Of a DNA stretch of 64,000 nucleotides, positions 1-14,329 are shown one piece after another. Positions within the stretch are counted from its first letter, which is position 1, and every line of letters begins with the position of its first letter. The position numbers and the translations under genes were made by a program. Below the pieces are notes generated by a model, which saw only the letters and a program-made list of their open reading frames with translations, was not told where the DNA came from and ran no database searches. Source of the stretch: Octopus vulgaris (Eukaryota); assembly GCA_951406725.2 (NCBI GenBank), contig OX597822.1, positions 32,364,001 to 32,428,000 of the forward strand. Direction: 5' to 3'.

Positions 1-73
1 ATCAGGTAGATAGCGTGAAAAACCTCATAAGAGAAAAAATTTCGAAAATAATTATTTCTTATTGAACATATTA

Positions 74-402
74 ATTTATATATAGAGGGCATTATTATAC
101 ATACATGCCTCACGCTAAGAGGGACATCAGTCATTTCTACCCAAAAATTTTACTAATCATATCCAATGCAATTTTTCAAAGCAAGACGTTTAAAAAAATT
201 AATTTAGTCTTGTATCACCTGTAAGTGTATCACTTGTATCACTTGTATCGCGGTAAGTGCGAAATCACAGGTGATACAAGTCTAAATTCATTTTTAAATG
301 TCTTGCTTTGAAAAATTGCATTGGGTATGATTAGTAAAATTTTTGGGTTGAAATGACTGATGTCCCTCTTAGCGTGAGGCATGTATGTATAATAATGCCC
401 TC

Positions 403-413
<11 letters not shown>
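74..413. repeat. Long inverted repeat (foldback), ~148 bp arms
   Basis: 74-222 (ATTTATATATAGAGGGCATTATTATACATACATGCCTCACGCTAAGAGGGACATCAGTCATTTC...) is the near-perfect reverse complement of 267-413. The spacer holds short TGTATCACT repeats. Confidence 0.95.
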
Positions 414-435
<22 letters not shown>

Positions 436-456
436 GTTATAAATACGAATATATGC

Positions 457-488
<32 letters not shown>

Positions 489-536
489 GATACGTATGTA
501 TATATATATATATATATATACATATCTTATAGATAC

Positions 537-573
<37 letters not shown>

Positions 574-582
574 TATCTATAA

Positions 583-638
<56 letters not shown>

Positions 639-649
639 ATACATACGTA

Positions 650-693
<44 letters not shown>

Positions 694-700
694 TACACAT
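414..700. repeat. Interrupted (TA)n microsatellite
   Basis: Directly visible; source of the IYIY ORFs. Confidence 0.95.
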
Positions 701-1782
701 ATATGCATATACAAACATTAATATACACATACCTATATCACCATCATCATCATCATCATTTAACGTATGTGTTCTAAGGTACCGAACTTGGACGGTTTGA
801 CCGGAGCTAAATTTAGGGTCGCAACATGTTTTGCCATGTCTTCTTCGTCTCAATGCCATTCTTAACAATTACTTTACACTGTCTACTTGGTGCATTTTAC
901 GGAGCACAGCTTGGACAGCATTTCCAAGCACCTTTCACGAGAGAAACCCCTCAGCTGAATTAGAGGAGAGGTATTGAAGGGGTGGCTTTTTGTCAGTTGA
1001 AGAGAGGTAACATTTATAGAGGGGCAGTGATGTCTGCCTGTAGAATAGAAACATGGATACCGCAGATGGAAAAGAAAAGAGGGAGAGTTAGAGATTGAGA
1101 GAGAGATGGTGGCGAAGATACATGAGGACATGCTCTGGAGGGAAACGGGATGCTCATAATAAGTGAGATGATGTAGACGTTCGGAGTAGGTGCATGAGCA
1201 GGATAGGAATGACTAGGACAAAGGATGGAGTGAACTATTAGGTGTCATCTACGTAGAGGTGATACGACACAGAAACTTTCAACATCTTCATCCAAATGCT
1301 ATTGTGCTTCCACCAATAAGAATGTCTATCTAAGCCTGTAGCCAATTTCTGGGACTGCCAGACTCTGAAACTCTCCTCCATCTCAGTGCCATCTTCCTTT
1401 TTGTAACATGAACACTTTGAAGTAAAAAATAAATTAAAATCTCTCTTTATAGAGACTTGCTCCATGTGGGAAGCCACATAGAGCAAGCACCTTGTTTGGG
1501 ACTTTCTTACAATAATAGATATATTTAAAATGTGCAATAAATATATAATTTATATTCTATAAATATGTATATACATACATGCCTACATATACACACACGC
1601 ACTTATATTATATAAATTATATATATTATTTGATATTTATGTTTTGGTTTATGTTTATCACTGTTTGAGTCGCATAATAGTGGTTTATCTCTAATTCATA
1701 TTTTATATTTATATATTGATACTATGAAATTTGATTTAATACTCTACTGAATTTTTCCCTGTAAGTTTGGAGTTTTACTCCC

Positions 1783-1836
<54 letters not shown>

Positions 1837-1886
1837 CATTATTATTATTATTGTTATTATTATTGTTATTAATGTTGTTGTTGTTG

Positions 1887-1923
<37 letters not shown>

Positions 1924-1925
1924 CA
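1783..1925. repeat. (ATT)n/(GTT)n microsatellite
   Basis: Directly visible. Confidence 0.95.
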
Positions 1926-2353
1926 TTACATACATGCGTTTATGAGTGTGAATGTTATGTATGTGTTCATGCGTGCATCTGCGTATATAATGTGTATCGT
2001 GTAAGCCTCTTTTGATAATTAGCTTTGGTTGAATATTTTTCCTTCGAATGCTACTAATGTCCGTGAAATTACTGCATTCAGTGTAACATAAGTGTAGCCG
2101 TAGTGATTCATTTGTTTTAGAGTCTCTACTTGAAATAAAAGAAGAAAAAAAAAACTGAAATGAGATGAAATGAATTTCTATCTTTTCAATTTCCGTTGCC
2201 CAGAAAAACACGGGTGAGGCAGTACGTTATAATGTGTAAGCACTACCATTTTCCACATCGAATAAAGCCAATTGTCGGGAGAATATATATACGTATATAC
2301 ATAGATGCACAGAAGCACACGCGCACGCACATATATGTATATCCATGTGTATC

Positions 2354-2490
<137 letters not shown>

Positions 2491-2666
2491 ACGTGTGTAT
2501 ATACATACGTGCGAGCATGCATGTTTACATTACCAAAATCAACGATAAGGCGTTGCGAGTAAATTATGTAATTTCAGCAAAACATTGATTAATCTCATTA
2601 AGTAAACACGTCTGTGGTTTGTAAGTGTAGCAATATCAAATACATTTTCTGCATCATTACTATTAA

Positions 2667-2737
<71 letters not shown>

Positions 2738-2751
2738 TTATTATTATTATA

Positions 2752-2819
<68 letters not shown>

Positions 2820-2823
2820 CATT

Positions 2824-3067
2824 GAGTAGTTTTATTTTTATAGCGGGCTTTCACTTCACTACCGAGCGCAGCTCTGTGTGCCTCGGGTATGTGCTGTGGT
2901 TTGTTGTGATGCTCTAATGGTTACTGTATGGAAAGTGTTCTGTGTAGGATGTGTGCAGTGCCTTGTAGTGCAACCTTCTGCATGTTATATGTGTTTGTAA
3001 GTCCTCGTGTTTTTGCTATGTATTTGCCGGAATATTTTTTTATCATGCCTAATGCACCTACTATGAT
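2824..3067 (-). mobile_element. R4/Dong-clade non-LTR retrotransposon, short 5'-truncated copy within (TAA)n
   Basis: Reverse complement of the 3' end of 55278-56134 (IVGALGMIKKY...ALQGTAHIL plus 3' UTR GCTCGGTAGTGAAGTGAAAG...ATAAAAATAAAACTAC), flanked by (ATT)n. Confidence 0.9.
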
Positions 3068-3073
3068 GATGAT

Positions 3074-3719
<646 letters not shown>

Positions 3720-3809
3720 TATTATTATCATCATCAACATCATTAGTATTATTGTTGATGTTGCTGCTGTAGTTGTTATTATTGACTTTTACTCTGCATA
3801 TTTGTTAGA

Positions 3810-4060
3810 ATCACGTGCCAAGACACACCTCACGTGCTGGGGCGTGTGAAGGATAATAGACGTTACAGCATAACTGAAAGCTTGGGGAGGGCAATCGGCA
3901 GGGGCAGTAGTGAAATATCTTCATGTAATAAAACACAAACATCTAAACTGAAAGGGGCTTTTTTCAACGATGTGGTCAGTACATTTAAGCACAGTCTTTT
4001 GGATTCCTCTGAGACATGGTTCTCCTGAGATATTATATATCTGTTTCTAACATCCCTTTC
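3810..4060 (-). mobile_element. Older R4/Dong-like 3' fragment
   Basis: Minus strand reads ISGEPCLRGIQKTVLKCTDHIV, similar to the IQKxxLxxTAHILR C-terminus, and is followed by an (AAT/AAC)-type tract. Confidence 0.5.
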
Positions 4061-4311
4061 TTATCATACATAGGGAACTCACAATAAAAGGGAGTTCTGA
4101 CTTTAACATGCCACATTTTTGTATTTCAATTTCCTGGTCCTTTTATTTACCTAATTTGTCAAATTCCTTTACATATATATTTTTTATCTGTGTGAACACT
4201 TACATATATTAGTCTATTAGTATTTGCTTCTCTCTCTTATAATGACTATGTCGGATCGATTGACCTAGATCATTCTGTCGGTGTTGACTAGAAAATTATT
4301 ATCATTATCAT

Positions 4312-5810
4312 TTAAGACGTCGCACAGTATCCAAAATCTTGATGTTGTCGATTGAAGATATTGGGTCTGCTGGGTGTTTATACTGTCTGTCAAGTCACAA
4401 CAAGGACCTCACATATACAGTACATACCGCAATATGTTTTCAGTACCAAGTAATGCCGATTTTTGCGACAAAACCTAGATGGCAGGGTATTTCTAAAGCT
4501 TCCAGATGTCTTTTTTCAGGTTGAGTGGTATTGAACCCAATGCTCCGATGACAACAGTTATTACTTTCAGGTTTGACACTCGTGGCTGCTGCATCTTACC
4601 GATCTCATCTTTTCCACCACACATCGAATGTTAAAAATATACACGAATGCGGCAACCTGCCGTAAGCTTTTTTAAAGTCTAACCAGGCTATGCACAAGTA
4701 TTTTTCGTGCCGTTTACAGTTCTTCACTAAAACTTTGTGTATCACATGGTGGTCCTTGGTTGTCTTTGATCCTTTTTGACATCACTTTTGTTCTACTGTA
4801 AGTAGATTGTTTTCTGCAAGGAACATATATATTTTCCTTGTGAGGATGTCTGTTAATACTCTGCATAACACGTTAATACAAGCAAAGGGTGGTTAATTGC
4901 ATACTTCATTCACCTTTGACTGATTTTCCATCAATAATGTTACATTTTCCTCCACAATCCACTCCGTATGCAATTGTCTAATTGCAACGGAATTCGCTTG
5001 AGTGTTGATCTAAACCTCTTAAGCGGGTAGTCTTGCATTCCATCTGGTCCTGTGCTTTCAAGTTTGGTGGTTTAGATACCTGTGCAATTACATCTTCTGT
5101 GGTTATGAGCACATGGTCCTGTCGTGGAATCACTGGGTGCTGGAGTTCCGATCTCACGGAATGAATCCATTTGGCACCGGGTCTGTGGGAAACTTCTAGT
5201 TACTCCAAAATTGGCGGGTTTCCTCTGCATCAGGAAGTATATAATCTTCTATATCGCCTCCTAAGCTCTTAATAAATTGAAGCGCATCTGACCAAATCTC
5301 TTGTTTCCGATAGATATTTTGTCAGAATGTATTTAAGAATCTCATCAACGTTTTGGGTCGTGCATTTCCCATTGTTACGGTCGAAGCTTCCCAAATGCAC
5401 CGGTTTGGTTTCTGTTTTTGTAACTATTATATCCTCGTAAATATTATATCCGCGAGTCTTATTCTGAGGTTTCTCTGTTCCTGAGTCATACCCCCTCGTC
5501 ATACAGTTTTTTCTACATTATATTCATTGGCCAGCCTCCTACACCATGTCTAGGCATTCGCTGATCTTCACCTATATTATCCTCCTCCAGGTTATTATCA
5601 CTACGGAGACTTTCCTTGATTGTCTGTCCGAATCTGGGTCTCATTAAGTAAACCTCCATTCCGAATTATTTTTATCTGATTCATGAGCCCATTTTCAATA
5701 ATCTCGAACATACTGAACAGGATTCAAAATGCTAATGATCTTTTTCCGACAGCTTTACTTTTGCCATTGTTCTTGTGTAGCAAAGCTTGTTCATGACACT
5801 TAAATGCCTT
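4312..5810 (-). mobile_element. Decayed, internally deleted R4/Dong-clade element (RT N-half joined to RLE C-terminus)
   Basis: Minus strand gives NLLTVEQK*CQKGSKTTKDH...KYLCIAWLDFKKAYG (EQKG..KDQL..AWIDYKKAYD RT motifs) and VVIGALGSIP...SALLGTENILR, with stops and frameshifts. It may extend to ~6265 as 5' UTR beyond the inserted SINE. Confidence 0.8.
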
Positions 5811-5839
5811 TTTGTTCATATCAACAGACCACTTTTGGA

Positions 5840-6062
5840 CTGTGAGCTGGCAGAATCGTTAGCACGTCCGACAAAATGCTTTGCGGTATTCGTCCGTCTT
5901 TACGTTCTGAGTTCAAATTTTTTCGAGGTCAACTTTGCCTTTTATTCATTCGGGGTCGATTAAAAAAGTACCAGTTACGCACTGGGGTTCAATGTAATCG
6001 ACTTAATCCCTTTCTCCTTCTTTGTACCTTCTAAGTTTAGCTCCCTGTCATAACGAAATAAA
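5840..6062 (+). mobile_element. tRNA-derived SINE, family A (Meta/MESC-like central domain)
   Basis: GAGCTGGCAGAATCGTTAGC A-box region, GAGTTCAAAT B-box and GAGGTCAACTTTGCCTTT...GGGGTCGAT...AGTACCAG core; matches 27850-28078 and 45279-45509. The domain name is inferred. Confidence 0.9.
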
Positions 6063-6275
6063 TATTTTCAGCAGTAAAAAGACTATGACTAGGTGGAGTC
6101 CAGTTATCAACTCCATTGACCTCTGAGGGACCCCTGACGGGAACAGGAGATCTGGTGTCTTAGACATTAACGGCAGTCTTCCTATTCATGCCTTTATTTG
6201 GATTTGAAATTGTTCATATCATTGCAAAGAATGATTCTTTACTGGACTTGTTTCCCAACTGTCTTTATTTGAGAT

Positions 6276-6510
6276 TGTTATTATTATTATTGTTGCTGTT
6301 GTTGTTGTTGTTTTTGTTATTGCTGCTGCTGCTGCTGGTGTTGTTATTATTATCACTATTATAAGTAGTAGTAGTAGTAGTAGTAGTAGTATCAGTATCA
6401 GTAATGATGATAAATCCTAATGAATATATATATATATACATACATGCATACACACACACACGCCTTATATATATATATATACACGGACGCACACACACAG
6501 ACACACACAA

Positions 6511-6541
<31 letters not shown>

Positions 6542-6546
6542 AACAT

Positions 6547-6585
<39 letters not shown>

Positions 6586-6604
6586 AATATATATATATAC
6601 ACAC
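6276..6604. repeat. Compound microsatellite block (TTA/TTG/CTG/TAG, TA, CA)
   Basis: Directly visible. Confidence 0.9.
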
Positions 6605-7198
6605 AAAATGAGGTTCCCAAGTCGCGATCAGACGGCCAACTTGGAATCTTCAAAACATAAATACTTCTTTCCTTGTCACTTAAAAGTAAAATTTAATGTA
6701 ACCTCAATTCTGCGTCCTACAATTCCATAATTTCTGTTTGTTTATAAATGATTTATTAAAATCACCAGTTTTCCAGGGTTTTCCTGTTTGTTACAAGTTG
6801 TAGACCTAAATGAATATTTATTACTGAACGCGTCTATATTTAAATTAAATTACAGTGAAGTGAAAATTATAGTATTGCATTCTTTAGTGATATCGTATGC
6901 CTTTAGCAAGTCAGCTACTGGTTTTATATTCATTTATTACGTGTAAATTGAAACTGCTCATCATTGCATAATTAGGATATAAATCTTCTGTGGATTTCGA
7001 AAGTATATGCAGTTTCCATCCATTTGATGTTTACATAATTAAAAATGTTTTAAGACCCCCCTCCCCCACAGAAAATAATTCCCATGATGAGTGTACAAGA
7101 AATTACGTTTAAGACATCGGTAATATGCACTTCACTACGTCTCTTATACATGCGTTCAATTTGATGACGTACTTTTAAACAAGCAACAACTGCAATAA

Positions 7199-7266
<68 letters not shown>

Positions 7267-7297
7267 ATGTAGATCTTTTGCTGAGCTACTGCACATG

Positions 7298-7410
7298 TTA
7301 TAATCTTTGTTCCCGTAGTCATATATTATTAGGTGTATGATAGGGGACACACATTTTATAATCTTTGTCCCTTTAATCATATATTATTAGGTGTATGGCA
7401 GGGCACACAC
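7298..7410. repeat. ~59 bp tandem duplication
   Basis: TTATAATCTTTGT(T/C)CC...TCATATATTATTAGGTGTATG...GG(A/G)CACACA occurs at ~7298 and ~7357. Confidence 0.85.
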
Positions 7411-7499
7411 GTAAACAATGACACCTTCGAAGCAACTGTCGAATGAGATTTTGCGCTTTTACGGTTAGATATAGAGAAAATTTCATCGCAGGAAACAAT

Positions 7500-8800
7500 G
7501 TTCAAATACCTAAAACATGATATTTTCTTTTCTGACAACAGTATTTCTCTCACGACCAAAGGTCGTCAAATGCCGGATGTCCTTGAAAGTAAAATAAAGA
7601 AGATCGATCAACTTCATTCTTACAAAAATATGTTAATTTACAATTATAGAAAGTCAGACACATAACACAAAATAGTTGTTTTTACTCAAAGTCTTCTTCC
7701 CCGAATGAAAGAAGCATTCATATTTGCAAATAGCAATGTGAAACTATTGAGGAAAAGACATTTGACGCAACATACGGCACTAAATCGCTTAAGTGTAAAA
7801 TATTCGTGCACATACGTGATGAAAGCAGTTCTGAATTTATAGTGTTTGATCCAATGCAATAAAACAACAACAATAAAAGCTGGCTGACCCATTCCAGCAA
7901 GCCTAATACGTGAAAACCACCCATAAATAATGATACTCAAGACAGTTTAGCGGCTTCCATTATGAAAGTCAAAAAGAAGTAGTAGGTAAAATGGTGTCAG
8001 TTGACACATGTTATAAACCTGTTGTTACTTCAAAATGGAAGAAAAGCCCATGAAATTAAACTTGCATAAATTACCGTCAATTTGATCCAATGTTCAACTG
8101 TTTAAATTTTCTGAAAGCATGGAACTCCTTTGGTTATGGAGATCAACGGCTGTTTGGTCATTTGCCAGATGTTTACAATTTGGAGTGAGCCCATTCTTTA
8201 CGACAGTAATGATGTCATTGCTCCTGTAGCTATAAACACACTAATGAAAACTACTAGCTAATTGCTATTGCTAATGTGCTCCAAACTACAGGGTCACATC
8301 ATCAAATGACAATTGCCGTATGAACTTCCAGAGAATAGTCATAAAATTTAACCAGAAAACATTGTTGTGTCAAAAATAAGCACCTTCATGTCTACAGCTA
8401 AACACACGTGAGCTAAACAGAATTTACAGAGTAAATAACAACGGTGGTAGCTATTCGGCGACACAAGACAAGCAGTTAAGAAGCTTATACGATATATCAA
8501 GTAAATTAAGTTAACTACCTTCATGTATGAAAGAAGATGGTGCAAATATACTGAAAATTATATAAATATTTCGGTATAGAAAACTTTGGTATAGAAGACT
8601 TTCGATATAGAAAACTTCAGCTTCTAGCATTTGTAGACTTTACTCCTCCAATTAATAAGTTCAAAGTTCACTCATTGTTATTTGTGAATGCTCATCATGA
8701 GAAATTCTACTTCGCTCATGACCAATTGTTTCGTGGAATGTTATTGGGGATACCAGTAACATCTATATTTATACTTTATCTTTGCAAAACCAAGCATCTG
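7500..8800 (+). mobile_element. Possible highly decayed Mutator (MULE)-like transposase
   Basis: EKTFDATYGTKS at ~7752-7788 resembles the MULE first-catalytic-D motif (FDATYxTN); AG*PIPA follows. No long ORF. Confidence 0.35.
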
Positions 8801-9046
8801 ATCTCTTGAGGTGTTGATATGACAAAACTTAGAATACCCAAGAACTAACATCATATAAGCCGTAGTTTATTGCAAATCTTAATAGGATTAATTTATCATT
8901 TGTATATATTGTGGATGCCATATATTGATTTATGGGCCTTCTCTAGAGCGACTGGTCTCCAAATGCTATAAGAATATGGCTTACCTGTATGTATCAAATG
9001 TTTATTATTCTACTAATGTTCCTTTTATATTAGAATTTACGAATTT

Positions 9047-9055
9047 ACACACACA

Positions 9056-9092
<37 letters not shown>

Positions 9093-9112
9093 ACACACAC
9101 ATATAATGTTCC

Positions 9113-9143
<31 letters not shown>

Positions 9144-9169
9144 CATGTTCATATATAGATATATATATA

Positions 9170-9229
<60 letters not shown>

Positions 9230-9360
9230 CATATATACAACCCTGACCATTCCATATATATATATATACAAATATATATATACATACATATATATATATA
9301 TACACTCACACTTGTGTGTATGTATGTATGGTGGTGTATGCGCGCGCGCGTGTGTGTGCA
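9047..9360. repeat. Compound (TA)n/(CA)n microsatellite
   Basis: Directly visible. Confidence 0.9.
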
Positions 9361-10230
9361 TTTATTTAATACCCTTTATTTACTTAATATGTAAGAAATA
9401 TATCTTGTATAGATTTTATTTTTTAAATTATCGGAAGCATAATGTATTAGACCTCGGAATAGTGGAAACTTTTTGCGCATTTTCTTTTCTTGTTTGGAAG
9501 ATAGATTTCTAAAGAAAATACAATTAACTGGATATGCATTTACCATGATATAATCTAGGTGGTAGCTATTTTTACCCCAAGACAATATATTCATTCAAGA
9601 ATACATGTTGCTCACAGTAAATCCATCTTCAATACTCCACAACATGGAAACCAACACAAAACAATCAGGTTGTGACGCAAATTTTTCCGGCATCGCAGTT
9701 TCCTGTTCTCAATGCATTAAACTTTAAAATAATTTTCCCGCAAAATCAGTTTCTTGTTTACGTTGAGAATTTTTCTCTGTTGCAACAATGAACGAATATA
9801 TCTATTATTCACTTATGACCCAGCCCTAACTATTCCATATATATTTTTTTCTTTCATCAAGGACATTGACACTTGTAATTGTGTAGGTGTGAGTTGGGAG
9901 GTGATTTGCTTCTATGTCTAGCAAATCGATGGATTGTGTACAGTTTCGCTCGTCGGCCCGGCTCTATTTACTCAACATTTTGTCTCACTTCTAATCCAGT
10001 TCGATTTACATTCATGTCATACGTAGGCGGTAATCAAAACATATTGAAAGTAAGATGAATCGATTAAGACGATCCCATATAAATATTTTTAACTTCAACA
10101 TTAACTGGAAAAATACATATCGGGCATATTTCCTATATCAATGTTTAATTGAAGCTATAATGTAAGCTCCTTATTTCGTTTTTGGATTTGGTTTGCAAGA
10201 CTTTTTATGTGAGTTCGTGTGTTGAAGCAT

Positions 10231-10443
10231 ATTCTGTTGTGTTTGGGGAAAGTCATTTTCTTTTTGTGTCTTATAATTTAACACACTCACCGGTAACATT
10301 TCCACTTATTTCAAGACTATTGCAAGACGCAACGACAATTTTATGAAACAAAAAAAGAAACAAGTGGAAATTTTACCGGTGAGGGTGTTAAATTATAAGG
10401 CACAAAAAGAGAATTACTCTCCCCAGAGACAACAGAGTAAGCT
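10231..10443. repeat. Inverted repeat, ~80 bp arms
   Basis: 10231-10312 (...TTATAATTTAACACACTCACCGGTAACATTTCCACTT) is the reverse complement of ~10357-10443 (AAGTGGAAATTTTACCGGTGAGGGTGTTAAATTATAAGG...). Confidence 0.9.
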
Positions 10444-11090
10444 CCTTAGTTGTGAGACAAACCTAGTCAGTCGAGGTCACCCCTTCAAATACTTGGTTTC
10501 AGATTTTAAAATGACGTTTGATATTGGATAGGTGAAGACGAAAACTAATCAATATATGTTAAATATCTTTGAGATCAATACTGAAATATTCACTTAAACA
10601 ATTTTCAAATGCATGTTTCTGGTTAAGTTTTCATCCTGTATTATATTTTTCTCTCAATATACATAGTTTGCAAAATCCACCCTCACCTCTCATTCAATTG
10701 TTCATGATTGATTGTTGATCACACTGACTGAATTGTAAGAGAAAATTGAGTGACTAGGAGATAAGTAAGCATCATAAATCATCTCATTCACTAAGGAATC
10801 AAGATGACAATGTATGTCATCATCTCAAGCGTCTCATCTATCTTGATGTGTTGTGTTACAGCAACCTAGAAAAAATACATTTGTAGTTAATTTCAGAAAG
10901 GAAATCAAAATATAAGAAGAGAATCTTCATCTGTCTTACATGATAAATGAATATGGATTTCAAAATTACTTATGAAAGACATTCGTGATCATAGATATAT
11001 TTTAGTAAACTAGATTGACTTTTTACATCCTTAATCAATTTAGAGTATATACATGTGGGTGTAAGCTGAAGCAATATGTGTGTGAGAGTG

Positions 11091-11121
<31 letters not shown>

Positions 11122-11448
11122 GTGTGTATGAGCGCGTATGTATCTATGCACCTATCAGTTGACTTCTTGTACTCTAATTTATTTTAGTATTTCTCCTGAT
11201 GACCAATGCGAAGTCAGTCTAGCTCATTTCCAAACTTTCCCTTTTCGTTACAAATGTGCAGTATTGACCATCTATCACTCCTTCCTTTAGCAATTTCCTT
11301 CATCTCTTCTATCTTCCATAAATCAGGACAATTATTTATTTATGAAACACTTAATATTGAATCTATTTCCACTTGCGATAACATCAGTTTCCTTATAAGC
11401 TGCCTTCAAATCTCTTCCCGTTTCTTTCATATATATGATTTTCAACTA

Positions 11449-12590
11449 TCAGGTTGAGTAAAAAGTAAGCAACGTTTTGAAGCAGAAGACTTTATACAGG
11501 ATTTTTGCAGAATTTTGATTGCTTTTATACTTTTTTCAAATGTCTGATGATACACACACAGACTTGTCCAAATGCATGAATAAATTAACATTAATATTTC
11601 TTTCACCGTTGTTACAATAATCTGAAATGGAACTGTCAAAGCGCGATATTCGAACAATTTTGCTATTCAGCTTCAAAAAAGGACGTAAAGCAGCTGAAAC
11701 TGCTCGCGATAACAACGAAGCGTTTGGTGAGGAAATGACCAATGAGTGGTCGGCTTCAAAATGGCTTAAACGATTTCGCAGTGGAGAACTGAGGCCTAAA
11801 GTTAGTGAGCGTAGTGGATGCCCATCTGTCATAGATGATGGTCAATTAAAAACCGTCATTGAGAACTGGCAAAAGACCATCAAGTTAGCCGGAAAACAGA
11901 CTGCAACTATTTGCCTGCAATCGGAAAATCAAAAGACCTTGACAAATGGGTAGCACACAATTTGAAGGGAAATCAAAAAATGCGCAGATATGAAATTCGC
12001 TCGTCGTCTCTTCTCCGTAACCAGACCGATCCATTTCTCGACCATATTGTAACTTGCAATGAAGAAATGATTCTGTGCAATACAAAAATGATTCTGTGCA
12101 ATAAAAAACGTCATTTTTCGCAGTGATTGGACCAAAATGAAGCACTGAACACCCTTCCATACACTTGAGCTCTTCAAAAAGGTTATAGTGACGGTTTGGT
12201 GGTGTACTACTGGACTCATCCACTATAACTTCTTAAAACCCCGAAAAGCCATTACTCAGAAACATATTACCATGAAATTGCCAAAATGAACAAAGAACTC
12301 CTACTCCTCTGTCTCAGCTTGGTCAACAGAAGTGAGCCAATCATTCGTCATGACAATGCTTGACCACACGTTTCATTAATGATGCTCCAGAAGTTGATGG
12401 AACTTGGCTACGAAGTTTCCTGCGATGGCTTCCTGAGAGATGAGTTCAAAAATCAAACCGATGCTGAGAGTGCGTTGAAAGAGTTCATCAGCTCCAGAAC
12501 ACCAGATATTTATGTTACCAGAATAGGCAAACTTGTAACTCGTTAACAAAAATGTGTTAATTATAATGGTACTTACTTTGATGAATGAAA
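11449..12590 (+). mobile_element. Mariner transposon fossil (Hsmar1/cecropia-like transposase pseudogene)
   Basis: MELSKRDIRTILLFSFKKGRKAAETARD..EAFG HTH; WVAHNL (WVPHEL); PFLDHIVTCNE; KKVIVTVWW; HDNA*PH; ends NGTYFDE*. TA plus a putative left TIR at 11447. The YSPDL region and right TIR are missing; 21 bp internal duplication at ~12067. Confidence 0.92.
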
Positions 12591-12929
12591 TTTCCACATT
12601 GTTGAAACATATTGTGATGAATTTCGGACTGATACATTGATTATAATGCTCAAAGCAAAATAATTAACAAAATGTATTTTTTCAAAATAAGGCAATCCCA
12701 TCAATACAAGTCTAGTGTGTACACCACTCACATAGAAACAAATAATTTTGATTTTATAATTTTTATAGCGGAAGGTTAATCGATTTGCAAAATCGTTAGT
12801 GTTCCCGGTTCGGTGCGCAGGGAGGGCTAACAGGGTGCTGAGTAACACCCACCCGTTTACTTCGCAAGTTTTAAAATTCATGTTTCTGTGATCACGTGTA
12901 TGCTGTAGTTTGTCACTTTGTCATTGACA

Positions 12930-13565
12930 AGAACAAATAGCCAAAGTGAAATTTTGCGTTAAACGTGGGAAATCTGCTACAGAGACATTGATCATACTTC
13001 GGCAAGTTTGAGGAAACGAGGTAATGTGTCGTTCGCGATGTTTCGAGTGGTACATGTGCTTAAAACACCTTGTGAATATCCTTGGAAGAAGATTTGCGAT
13101 CTGGAAGCCTTGCTACGAACGTCATCCCCGGAAATGTGGTATTGTGCATCGAGAACTCTTCCCCCAAGTTCAGACCGTCAATCGAGAGTTCTACTGCAAA
13201 GTTTTGAAGCGTTTGAGAGAGGACATTCTGTCAAATCGACCGGATCTGTAGAGCGTGAAGAAGAGGATTCTTCAGAACGATAATGCACCATGTCTCCGGG
13301 CTCATACGTGAGTTTCTCGCCAAAAATAACTTCTACATCTGCCCTATTCCTATTCGCTGCGGATATCCATTTCTTCCCCAAGATGACAAGCTCAAAGCTC
13401 GCCGTTTTAACACAGTTGTCCAGATCCAGAGCGAATTCTAGAAGGTTCTTGATTCCTTTACGGAAAACGAATTTCAGACCTTATTCCAAAAATTGGCAGG
13501 AATCCTGGGACGGTTGTAAAGCCGCTCAAGGTGACCGTTTCGAAGGCGATGATGTTGAAAGTTAA
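12930..13565 (+). mobile_element. Second, internally deleted mariner fossil (different subfamily)
   Basis: EQIAKVKFCVKRGKSATET...SRCFEW; GIVHRE..PQVQTVNREFYCKVLKRLRE..RPDL; DNAP; WQESWDGCKAAQGDRFEGD C-terminus. Confidence 0.88.
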
Positions 13566-13634
13566 GTGAATAAAGCATCTTTTATTACACATAATTACTC
13601 CTCGTAAATTTCTTCCGATATTTGTTGGTTATAT

Positions 13635-13788
13635 ACTCTTTACTCTCTCTTTTACTCTTTTACTTGTTTCAGTCATTTGACTGCGGCCATGCTGGGGCAC
13701 CGCCTTTAGTCGAGCAACTCGACCCCGGGACTTATTCTTTGTAAGCCCAGTACTTATTCTATCGGTCTCTTTTGCCGAACCGCTAAGT
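13635..13788 (-). mobile_element. SINE family B, 3' fragment
   Basis: TTTACTTGTTTCAGTCATTTGACTGCGGCCATGCTGG...GCCGAACCGCTAAGT is nearly identical to 60563-60693. Confidence 0.9.
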
Positions 13789-14329
13789 CGTATTTAATTC
13801 CCAAAACCCATCATGCTTAACTTTACTTCCAGCTTCTACGATCCATAAAAGTTAACTGATCATATACTGGGATTATTTTTTATCGACAACTCCTCATCCA
13901 CAATTTTGCGATCTTTCGCATATGTCAGAGATTATTATTGCGTCAAAAGAGCAACGGAAATACCCATGAAATTTATAATGTTTCACCAAGCAATGAATTG
14001 ATGAGACTTATATACACGAATATTTCCACATGAACATTTGCAGGGGCGATATGTGTGTTGGGTAGAATTGCAACAGATTGCAGTTTTAATGATGAATAAC
14101 AAGATGCAGATATCGTGCAAGATATGAAGGACGAGATATAGTAAGGATGAAGGGAGGTACTTAAGCGCGTGAAGAGGATGGTATTTTGGAATAGTGAATC
14201 CAATTATTTAGGGGGAAAGTCTTTGTATTAGTAAAAGAAGAGGCACACAAAGGAGATTGCGTATTTTTGAGCTATAAGTACGTTCACATTAAAAGAAATA
14301 CGTAATTACAGACATTTAAAATTTTTTGC

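Noticed and set aside
880-1540. Possible LINE remnant or exon
   Set aside because: Higher GC, but no diagnostic motif could be read.
11195-11220. CTGATGA...GAAGTC hammerhead-like string
   Set aside because: No stem II pairing and no GAAA.
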